Positions 27,177 through 34,657 of a DNA stretch of 64,000 nucleotides are shown here, piece by piece. Positions within the stretch are counted from its first letter, which is position 1. Each line of letters begins with the position of its first letter. The notes under the pieces are model-generated. The model did not search any database and had not been told where the DNA came from. It saw only the letters and a program-made list of their open reading frames with translations. Source of the stretch: an uncultured delta proteobacterium (GTDB taxonomy: Bacteria > Myxococcota > Myxococcia > Myxococcales > Anaeromyxobacteraceae); contig CAWFDF010000012.1 of the NCBI GenBank assembly GCA_963814585.1, forward strand, positions 1 to 64,000, written 5' to 3'. A program made the position numbers and the translations under genes.

Positions 27177-28196
27177 ATGGCACGGGCACTGGTCCTCACG
27201 GCAGGTGGAATCACCGGCGCGATGTACGAGGTGGGTGTCCTCCGGGCCGTCGAGGAGCGCCACGGGTCCCCGCTCGACCTCTTCGACCTCTTCGTCGGCG
27301 TCTCCGCGGGTGCGACCGTGGCGACCTTCCTGGCCCAGGGTGTCCCGGCCACCCGGCTCTACGAGGCCCTGCTCGCTGGCGGCGACCCGCTCTTCCCGCT
27401 GGAGCAGCGTCATGTGGCCGCGCTCGACCTGGCCCGAGCCGTCCGCCTGGGCGGAACGGCGGCCAGGCTGGCGCTGCGGGCGATCCTTCGGCTCCTGGTC
27501 CGACGCCCGGCCCCTCCAAGCACCACCACCCCAGGTCTGCCCGCGGGCCTCTTCGACACGGAGCCCTACCGGAAGTTCATCGCCTCCACCCTGGCGGAGC
27601 GTGGACTCTCCGACGACTTCCGGGCCCTCTCCCGGCCCCTCCTCATCCCGGCCACCGAACTCGACTCCGCCCAGCGAGTCACCTTCGGCTTGGCGCCCTG
27701 GGACGACGTCCCCATCTCCACGGCCGTGGCCGCCTCCTCCGCCATCCCGGGCTTCTTCGAGCCGGTCGCGCTCCGCGGCCGGCAGTTCATCGACGGCAAT
27801 GTCGGAGCGGTGGCCCACCTCGACTTGGTTGCGGCCCGCGGCATCGAGGAGGTGCTGGTCGTGAGCCCGCGTGCGCCGGTCGAGAACGTCGGGGGACCCT
27901 GCATCATCCCCGGCGAACACGGCGATTGCCTGTCGCTCCGCGAGCGCGGGCTCTGGGCCGTATACGAGCAGGCGACCCGCATCGAGCACCAGGAGAGGCT
28001 CCACCTGGGCATCGATCGCTTCCGTCACCTCCATCCAGGGACAAGGGTTTCGCTCGTCGAACCGGAGCGGGCCGATGCCACGCTCTTCCTCGCGAACCCC
28101 ATGGGGCTGGAGGCCCGGCGAGAGGTGCTGGCCGCCGGGTACGCTCGGGGGCAGGCCATCCTCTCGGCCGGCGAGTTCGTATTGGAGGCTGCGTGA
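27177..28196 (+). CDS. Patatin-like phospholipase
   Basis: AGGITG, GVSAG (GxSxG), ASSAIPGFF, IDGN. Confidence 0.88.
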   Translation: MARALVLTAGGITGAMYEVGVLRAVEERHGSPLDLFDLFVGVSAGATVATFLAQGVPATRLYEALLAGGDPLFPLEQRHVAALDLARAVRLGGTAARLALRAILRLLVRRPAPPSTTTPGLPAGLFDTEPYRKFIASTLAERGLSDDFRALSRPLLIPATELDSAQRVTFGLAPWDDVPISTAVAASSAIPGFFEPVALRGRQFIDGNVGAVAHLDLVAARGIEEVLVVSPRAPVENVGGPCIIPGEHGDCLSLRERGLWAVYEQATRIEHQERLHLGIDRFRHLHPGTRVSLVEPERADATLFLANPMGLEARREVLAAGYARGQAILSAGEFVLEAA

Positions 28197-28471
28197 ACCA
28201 CCGCCCCCCAGGGAGCCGGAGCACCGCGAGAGCTCTGCCCGGCTCCAGCGACCTTCGTCGGGCGATCCTGGTCTCGGCCGGCGTGGGGACGGCGCTGGTC
28301 CTGCTCAACCAGGGCGACCTCCTTCTCGGCGCGGCCGCCGGCGCCCAGTTGCCCAGCAGGCTGGCCTGGAAAGTCCCACTGACCTACCTCGTGCCCTTCC
28401 TGGTCTCCTACCTCTCGAGCCGCGCCGCGTCCCGTGCCACCTCCCGTCACACCGTCACGATCCCGGAGTAA
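28193..28471 (+). CDS. Small two-TM membrane protein (NrtS-like)
   Basis: VGTALVLLNQGD..LTYLVPFLVS; GTGA overlap with the patatin stop. Confidence 0.7.
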   Translation: MNHRPPGSRSTARALPGSSDLRRAILVSAGVGTALVLLNQGDLLLGAAAGAQLPSRLAWKVPLTYLVPFLVSYLSSRAASRATSRHTVTIPE

Positions 28472-28492
28472 TCATTCCGGCGGTGGCGAGTC
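28467..28492 (+). promoter_or_regulatory. ECF-type promoter for the right-end selenoprotein
   Basis: AGTAAT-N15-GAGTC. Confidence 0.7.
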
Positions 28493-28528
28493 GGACCTGA
28501 AGGCGCCCGGTGGCGCAGCGAGGCTCGC

Positions 28529-29302
28529 ATGGCACTCATCTCCGATCTTCCGCTCTGGCTCCGCGTCGTCCTGAAGACCTATCCGTGGCGCCGCATCGAT
28601 CCTGTTCCCCTGGCGCCCCTTCGCAAGCCGATCGGCGAGAGCCGGATTGCGCTGGTGACGACGGCCGGCCTGGTCCCGGCTGGAGAGGCCCCGTTCGACG
28701 AGGGCGTGAAGGGCGGCGACTTCTCCTACCGGGTCATCCGCGGCGACGCGGACGTTCGCACCCTCACCGAGCACCACCGGAGCGAGTCGTTCGACCACGC
28801 CGGCATCCTGGAGGACGCCAACCTGGCCTTTCCGCTGGACCGGCTGAGGGAGCTGGCGGCGCGGGGAGAGATCGGTGAGGTCGCGCCGCGTCACCTCTCC
28901 TTCATGGGCTCCATCACGGCGCCAGGCCGGCTTACTGCGCGCACCGCTCCCGAGGCCGCCGAGCTCCTCGTGCAGGACCAGGTCGACATCGCGCTGCTCG
29001 TCCCCGTTTGACCCATGTGCCATCAGGCCGTGGGCCTGATCCAGGCGGAGCTGGAGCGGCGCGGCATCCGTACTGCCTCCATCACCATGCTTCCCGAGGT
29101 GACCCGCGCCGTCCGGCCGCCGCGGGCACTGTCGGTGCCGTTCGACCTCGGCTACCCGCTCGGCAAGCCCTCCGACCCCGCCACCCAGAGCCGGGTGCTA
29201 CGCCAGCTGCTTCGGCTCGCCCTCTCGGAAGGAGTTCCCGTTATTGGCGATTTGGACGCTCCCAACGAAAGCGGCCCCGGAGCGGCACAGGAGGCGGCGT
29301 GA
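28529..29302 (+). CDS. PrdB/GrdB-like selenoprotein, UxxC motif (Sec TGA at 29009-29011)
   Basis: ORFs 28529..29011 and 29015..29302 are in frame: [37 protein letters not shown] and PF.LGYPLG motifs; paralog of 3564-4352. Confidence 0.92.
29022..29040 (+). promoter_or_regulatory. Candidate SECIS hairpin
   Basis: ATCAGGCC-GTG-GGCCTGAT, a perfect 8-bp stem 10 nt after the UGA. Confidence 0.75.
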
Positions 29303-29472
29303 GCCCGGCCTGGGGCCCCTGACAGGCGCGTCATGGTCCCCGACCCCTTGGCTTTGAGCCAACTGGCGCCAATGCGCACGGAGTGGCACCCTTTGTACGA
29401 TGGCCTGATTCCGAAGACTTGCGAGGGCGCTGATCCGACCAGATCTGGACAATGGGAGCTCCGGAATCGCCA

Positions 29473-29498
29473 CCGTTTGGTGCATTAGTGGTGCAGGA
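29473..29498 (+). repeat. 26-bp repeat copy 2 (putative arm-type sites)
   Basis: Identical to 3318-3343. Confidence 0.8.
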
Positions 29499-29516
29499 AC
29501 CAAGGGGCTCATAGTC

Positions 29517-29562
29517 GAAGGCCCCGGAACGATCGGTTTTGCCGAATCGTTCCAGGGCCTTC
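29517..29562 (-). terminator. Long hairpin just downstream of tRNA-Pro (terminator-like, no clear U tract)
   Basis: GAAGGCCCCGGAACGAT...ATCGTTCCAGGGCCTTC inverted repeat. Confidence 0.55.
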
Positions 29563-29564
29563 TG

Positions 29565-29608
29565 AGTCGGGGAGACAGGATTTGAACCTGCGACCCCTTG
29601 GTCCCGAA
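29565..29608. repeat. att repeat (tRNA copy)
   Basis: Identical to 3151-3194. Confidence 0.95.
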
Positions 29609-29640
29609 CCAAGTGCTCTACCAGGCTGAGCCACTCCCCG
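29567..29640 (-). tRNA. tRNA-Pro(CGG), CCA not encoded
   Basis: CGGGGAG acceptor stem, CTTGG-TTCGGGA-CCAAG anticodon arm, GGTTCAAATCC T-arm. Confidence 0.97.
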
Positions 29641-29704
29641 ATGCTGCGCCCGCAGGCGGTGATCTCGTCCCCCCGGGAGGGAGCCGAACCAGCGGAAGGC
29701 CGCG

Positions 29705-29733
29705 TAAATACTGGACGGCCGAAGGGCTGTCAA
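29705..29733 (-). promoter_or_regulatory. Sigma70-type promoter of tRNA-Pro
   Basis: TTGACA-N17-TATTTA on the minus strand. Confidence 0.7.
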
Positions 29734-29833
29734 GCACCGCGATCCCCGGTGCAAGGAGCACTTGAAGATGTCCGCCCCGACGGGGACCTGTGGACCGGAG
29801 GCTTGTCCGGCCCCGCCCCCGGCCCCGCCCCGC

Positions 29834-31207
29834 TCACCGCGAGCAGGCCGCCTCGACGTCCGCGATCTCCTTCGGCACCCCGACGGTCAGGTTCTCGTGC
29901 CCGGACTCCGTGACCAGCAGGTCGTCCTCGATCCGGATCCCCACGCCGCGCAGCGCGGCCGGCGCCGTCTCGTCGTCCGCCGCCACGTAGAGCCCCGGCT
30001 CCACGGTGAGCACCATCCCCGCCACCAGCGGCCGGCTGGTCCCGCCGACCACGTAATCGCCCACGTCGTGCACGTCCATCCCCAGCCAGTGGCTGGTCCG
30101 GTGCATGTAGTAGGTGCGGTAGCCCTTGGGCGCGGCCCGCTCCTCCGGCGAGCCCGGCGCCAGCCTGGCCTGCGCGTCTCCCTCGGCCACGCGGGCCTCG
30201 ACCGGCCCGGGCAGCAGCCCCAGCCCCACCAGCCCCTCGGTCAGCGCCCGCACCGTGACGGCGTGGATGCCGTCGATGGTGGCGCCGGGCCTCACCGCCT
30301 CGATGGCTGCCTTCTGCGCCGTGAGACAGGCCAGGTAGAGGTCGCGCTGCGCCGCGCTGAACGTCCCCGATACCGGGAAGGTGCGCGTCACGTCGGCGGT
30401 GTAGAGCCCGTACTCGCCGCCGGCGTCGACCAGGCAGACCTCACCGTCGCGCAGCTCGGCGTCGCCGGCCCGGTAGTGGAGGATGGTCGAGTTGGCGCCC
30501 GCCGCCACGATGGTCCCGTACCCCGGCCCGGCCGCGCCCCGCCGGCGGAAGGCGTACTCGATCTCCGCCTGCACCTGGTACTCGCGCCGCCCGGCGCAGC
30601 CGTCGCGCATCGCCGCGAAGTGCCCCTCGGCCGTCAGGTCGGCCGCCTTGCGCAGCAGCGCCAGCTCGTCCGGCCGCTTCACCAGCCGCAGCTCGTGGAG
30701 CACCGCGCCGGCGTCGACGATGGCCGCCGGCGGCCGCTTGCCGGTCCGCACCTGCCCGCGCAGCGTGGTCACCAGGCCGATCACCCGCCGGTCCCAGGCC
30801 GGGTCGGCCCCGAGCCGGAACCAGAGCGTCGCCGCCCCGTCCAGCCAGCCCGGCAGCCGCGAGTCCAGGTCACCCACCGTGAAGGCGAGGTCGGCGCCGT
30901 GCACGGCCTTCGCCCCGTCCACCCCGGCGCGCACCCCGTTCCAGATCTCCTTGTCCCGGTCGCGCGGGCGCACGAAGAGCACGAACTTGCGCTCGCCGGG
31001 GCGTGCCGAGAGGAGGGCGCAGGAGTCCGGCTCGTCCAGCCCGGTGAGGTAGTGGAAGTCGGAGTCCTGCCGGAACGGGTACTCGTTCCCGGCGTTCCGC
31101 TCCTTCTCGCCCGCCGACGGCAGCAGCAGCACGCCGCCGCCGCGGCGCTCCAGCTCCTCGAAGACACGGGCGCGGCGCTCGGCGAAGACGGTCGGGAAGG
31201 AGATCAT
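29834..31207 (-). CDS. pepP: Xaa-Pro aminopeptidase (aminopeptidase P)
   Basis: FRQDSDFHYLTG, LHY, DAG..YTADVTRT, HWLGMDVHD, TVEPG, RIEDD. Confidence 0.93.
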   Translation of the reverse strand: MISFPTVFAERRARVFEELERRGGGVLLLPSAGEKERNAGNEYPFRQDSDFHYLTGLDEPDSCALLSARPGERKFVLFVRPRDRDKEIWNGVRAGVDGAKAVHGADLAFTVGDLDSRLPGWLDGAATLWFRLGADPAWDRRVIGLVTTLRGQVRTGKRPPAAIVDAGAVLHELRLVKRPDELALLRKAADLTAEGHFAAMRDGCAGRREYQVQAEIEYAFRRRGAAGPGYGTIVAAGANSTILHYRAGDAELRDGEVCLVDAGGEYGLYTADVTRTFPVSGTFSAAQRDLYLACLTAQKAAIEAVRPGATIDGIHAVTVRALTEGLVGLGLLPGPVEARVAEGDAQARLAPGSPEERAAPKGYRTYYMHRTSHWLGMDVHDVGDYVVGGTSRPLVAGMVLTVEPGLYVAADDETAPAALRGVGIRIEDDLLVTESGHENLTVGVPKEIADVEAACSR

Positions 31208-32964
31208 GGTGCACCGTTTGTAGCGGAGGCGGACCCCGCCGGCCACTCGGCTCCGCACCAGGCCACGAAGGCGGCCCGCTGCGCCCCGCTGGCGGCCGGA
31301 AGCGGCTCCAGCCAGAGGGTGTCCTGCGGCGGCTCGGCGAGCGGCACCTCCACCTCCAGCAGCTCGTCGCGCCGGAACAGCGTCAGCCGCAGCCGCCCCT
31401 CCGGCCCCTGCTCCTCCAGCCGCTGCTGCAGCCCCTTCGAGTCGAGCCGGAAGCCGCCCTCGGCCAGCAGCTCGTCCTCGGCGGTGAGCCCCGCCCGCCA
31501 CGCCGGACTGCCCTCGCGCACCGACTTGACCGTGAGCCCCGGCCCGAGCTCCGCCCCCAGCCAGCCGGCCCGCCGCTCCTCCGGCTTGCCCGGCGTGCCG
31601 CCCTTGTCCTCGGCCCCCAGCGCCACCCGCCGGCGCAGCTGCAATCCCACCTGCGCCAGGTCGAGCGGGGGCAGCCCGTGGCCGCGCACCGTGGCGTCGA
31701 AGAGCGCCCGCGCCGCGTCGGCCCCCAGCCGCTCGGCCACCAGCTGCTCGATCCCGTCCTCGGGCAGCCCGCCCGCGGCCCAGCGGGCGTAGGCCTCGCG
31801 CATCACCCCGTCGAGGTCGTGGCCGGCCCGCCGCAGCGCGAGATCGAGCGCCAGCGCCACCAGCTCGCCCTTCAGGTAGTAGCTGACGCCGCTGTTGCCG
31901 CTGTTCTCGTCGGGCCGGTAGAGCTTCACCCAGGCCAGCTGGCTGGCCTCCTCCACCGTGAGCTTCCCCGCCCCCGGCGTGCGCGCCAGCGTGGTCAGCT
32001 GCCGCCCCAGCCCCTTCAGGTACCGGCGCGCCGGCAGCAGCCCGGCCCGCGAGAGCAGCAGCTGCTCGTAGTAGCAGGTGGCCCCCTCGAACCACCAGAG
32101 CAGCCTGGTGTACTGCTCGCCGTCGTAGCGGTAGGGCGTGAGCGCCGCCGGCCGGAGCCGCTTCACGTTCCAGGCGTGGAAGAACTCGTGGATGAGCAGC
32201 GAGAGCGCCTCGGCGTAGCCCTCGGGGTCGTGGAACCCGAGCCTCGGGTAGAGCACCGCCGTCGAGGCCATGTGCTCGAGCCCGCCTCGCCCCTTGCCGG
32301 TGAGGTGGAGGATGAAGAGGTAGCGGTGGTAGGGCAGCCCGCCCCAGAACCCGGCCACCGTCTCGACGATGGTCTCGAGATCGACCGAGAGCCGGGTGAG
32401 GTCGACGTTGCCGCGGCCCCAGACCGCCAGCTGGTGCGGCACGCCCAGCGCCTCGAAGGTGACGAGCCGGTGCGTCCCCAGCTCCAGGGGGGAGTCGACG
32501 AGCTCGTCGTAGTCGCGCGCCGTGAACTCGGTGGGGCCGCCGGCCAGCGCCGTGGCCGCCTGCCAGCCGGGCGGCAGCGTCACCGACACCCGGTGCGGCT
32601 CGGCCTCCCGCCCGCGCACCGCCAGGAAGACCCCGGCCGGCGAGACGAAGCCGTGGCTGGCGTCGAGGTGGCTGGTCCTCACCGTCAGCTCGTTGGCGTA
32701 GACCCTCCAGGAGACCGTCACCGTGGCCGCCCCACCCGCTCGCACCCGGAAGCGGTGCTTGTCGAGCCGCTCCACGGGCACGGCCCGCCCCTGCGGATCG
32801 GTGGCGGCCACCCCCTCGAGGTGGCGGGCGAACTCGCGCACCAGGTAGCTGCCCGGCGTCCAGACCGGCAGCGACAGCTCGATCGCCTCGCCGGGCCGCT
32901 CGACCTCCAGCGAGAGGTGGAAGAGGTGGGTGGCTGGCTCGGGGCAGGAGAGGTGGTAGCGCAT
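31204..32964 (-). CDS. M61-family metallopeptidase with PDZ domain
   Basis: PVWTPGSY, GGLEH, HEFFHAWNVKR, EGAT.YY, SYYLKG. Confidence 0.92.
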   Translation of the reverse strand: MRYHLSCPEPATHLFHLSLEVERPGEAIELSLPVWTPGSYLVREFARHLEGVAATDPQGRAVPVERLDKHRFRVRAGGAATVTVSWRVYANELTVRTSHLDASHGFVSPAGVFLAVRGREAEPHRVSVTLPPGWQAATALAGGPTEFTARDYDELVDSPLELGTHRLVTFEALGVPHQLAVWGRGNVDLTRLSVDLETIVETVAGFWGGLPYHRYLFILHLTGKGRGGLEHMASTAVLYPRLGFHDPEGYAEALSLLIHEFFHAWNVKRLRPAALTPYRYDGEQYTRLLWWFEGATCYYEQLLLSRAGLLPARRYLKGLGRQLTTLARTPGAGKLTVEEASQLAWVKLYRPDENSGNSGVSYYLKGELVALALDLALRRAGHDLDGVMREAYARWAAGGLPEDGIEQLVAERLGADAARALFDATVRGHGLPPLDLAQVGLQLRRRVALGAEDKGGTPGKPEERRAGWLGAELGPGLTVKSVREGSPAWRAGLTAEDELLAEGGFRLDSKGLQQRLEEQGPEGRLRLTLFRRDELLEVEVPLAEPPQDTLWLEPLPAASGAQRAAFVAWCGAEWPAGSASATNGAP

Positions 32965-33014
32965 CGCGCCCTCGACTCTAGCCGCGCCCTGGCGTCGAGG
33001 CTACGCTGACACGC

Positions 33015-34037
33015 ATGGATCCCTACGGCCTCCGGCGCGTGATCTCGCCCCCGGGCGTGCTCCCCCAGCGGGCCGACCGGCTCGACCCCACCCTCCCCCT
33101 CGGCGAGGACGAGCTCTCCATCGACGTCGAGGCGCTCAACGTCGACGCCGCCTCGTTCCGGCAGATCGAGTCGGCGGTGGGGCGCGATCCGGTGCGGATC
33201 GCCGCCGAGGTCACCCGCATCGTCGCCGAGCGCGGCAAGCTGCAGAACCCGGTCACCGGCTCGGGCGGCATGCTCATCGGCCGGGTCGCAGCCGTCGGGC
33301 CGCGCCACCCGGCCGCCGGCGCCCTCGCCCCGGGCGCCCGGGTCGCCACGCTGGTCTCGCTCACGCTCACCCCGCTGCGGCTCACGGCCATCACCGCCGT
33401 CCGGCCCGAGATCGACCGGGTCGAGTGCCACGGCCAGGCCATCCTCTTCGCCACCGGGCTGTGGGCCAGGCTCCCCGACGACCTCCCCGAGACCCTGGCG
33501 CTGGCGGCGCTCGACGTCTGCGGCGCGCCGGCGCTGGTGGCCCGCCACGCCCGACCCGGCCAGCGGGTGCTGGTGCTGGGCGCCGGCAAGTCGGGGGCGC
33601 TGGTGGCGGTGCAGGCCCGCGAGCAGCTGGGCTCGAGCGGCTGGCTGGTGGCGGCCGACCGCTCGCCCGGGGCGCTCGAGGCGCTGGCCGGGCTCGGGGT
33701 CTGCGACCAGGCGCTGGAGCTCGACGCCACCGACGCGGTCGGCGCGCTGGCCCGCATCGAGGCGGCCGGCGGGCGATTCGACCTCGTGGTCAACTGCGCC
33801 TCGGTGCCGGGGACCGAGATGGCGGCGCTGCTCGCCGTGAAGGACGGCGGAGCCGTCATCTTCTTCTCCATGGCCACCAGCTTCACCGGCGTGGCGCTCG
33901 GCGCCGAGGGGGTGGGCAGGGACGCCACCCTCCTGGTCGGCAATGGCTACGTCCCCGGCCACGCCGACCTGACGCTGGGACTGCTGCGTCGCCACCCCAG
34001 GCTGCGCGCCCTCTTCGAGTCCCGCTACGCGCGGTGA
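33015..34037 (+). CDS. kdd: L-erythro-3,5-diaminohexanoate dehydrogenase
   Basis: YG..RV..P.GVLPQ, NVDAASF.QI, RGKLQNPVTGSGGML, LDVCGAP, FSMATSF, GNGY. Confidence 0.88.
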   Translation: MDPYGLRRVISPPGVLPQRADRLDPTLPLGEDELSIDVEALNVDAASFRQIESAVGRDPVRIAAEVTRIVAERGKLQNPVTGSGGMLIGRVAAVGPRHPAAGALAPGARVATLVSLTLTPLRLTAITAVRPEIDRVECHGQAILFATGLWARLPDDLPETLALAALDVCGAPALVARHARPGQRVLVLGAGKSGALVAVQAREQLGSSGWLVAADRSPGALEALAGLGVCDQALELDATDAVGALARIEAAGGRFDLVVNCASVPGTEMAALLAVKDGGAVIFFSMATSFTGVALGAEGVGRDATLLVGNGYVPGHADLTLGLLRRHPRLRALFESRYAR

Positions 34038-34054
34038 GCGGCTATCCTGCGCCC

Positions 34055-34139
34055 GGGGCCGTGGCGGAACGGCAGACGTGGAGGACTTAAAATCCTCTGT
34101 CGCGCGAGCGACGTCCCGGTTCGAGTCCGGGCGGCCCTA
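34055..34139 (+). tRNA. tRNA-Leu(TAA), long variable arm, no intron, CCA not encoded
   Basis: GGGGCCG/CGGCCCT acceptor stem, GAGGA-CTTAAAA-TCCTC anticodon arm, CCCGG-TTCGAGT-CCGGG T-arm. Confidence 0.95.
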
Positions 34140-34157
34140 CACCCTCCCCGCGCCGGG

Positions 34158-34601
34158 TCAGTTCACGAACGGCGGGGGCCGGTAGCTGACGCCCGCCAGC
34201 GGCTGCCGCGACGAGTAGCCCTCGTCGAGCGGGTGCCAGTGGGTCACCGCCGGCTCGCCGAACTGCCAGCAGAGGAAGACCGGCTCGTCGTCGCGGAGCG
34301 AGTAGAAGTCCACCAGCCCCTGGTCGAGGTCCTTCACCAGGCAGCCCATGTCGTTGATGCGCTCCACCGCTGCGGTGATCAGGTCGGCCAGCACCCGCAG
34401 CCGCGCCACGTCGGCGTCGCGCCCCGGCGGCGGCGCCTGGCCGTGCTGCAGCACCGCCACCACCAGGTCGGCGCCACCCAGCGACTCGACCAGCGGCCGC
34501 AGCTCGGAGCGCACCTGGGCGATGCGCCCGAACTCGAGCTGGAGGTCCCCGATCGCCTCGTTGGCCTCCTCGACCGTGAAGAAGCGCGGCCCCTCGTCCA
34601 T
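34158..34601 (-). CDS. DUF2203 protein
   Basis: FTVEEAN..GCLVKDLDQGLVDF..LCWQFGE..HWH. Confidence 0.85.
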   Translation of the reverse strand: MDEGPRFFTVEEANEAIGDLQLEFGRIAQVRSELRPLVESLGGADLVVAVLQHGQAPPPGRDADVARLRVLADLITAAVERINDMGCLVKDLDQGLVDFYSLRDDEPVFLCWQFGEPAVTHWHPLDEGYSSRQPLAGVSYRPPPFVN

Positions 34602-34657
34602 GGCGGGAAACCCTAGCATGGGCGTGATATAAGCCCGCCTTCCGGAGGGGTCCAGAC

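Larger units (their letters stand above)
3151..29608. mobile_element. Genomic island (~26.4 kb) integrated at tRNA-Pro(CGG); no integrase inside
   Basis: Perfect 44-bp direct repeats overlapping the tRNA 3' end, 26-bp internal repeats near both ends, an excisionase-like ORF at the left end, and accessory cargo. Confidence 0.9.

Noticed and set aside
29390..29515. Possible decayed integrase 3' end (YDGLI..EDLRG-like)
   Set aside because: It needs assumed frameshifts and is too short to support without a search.
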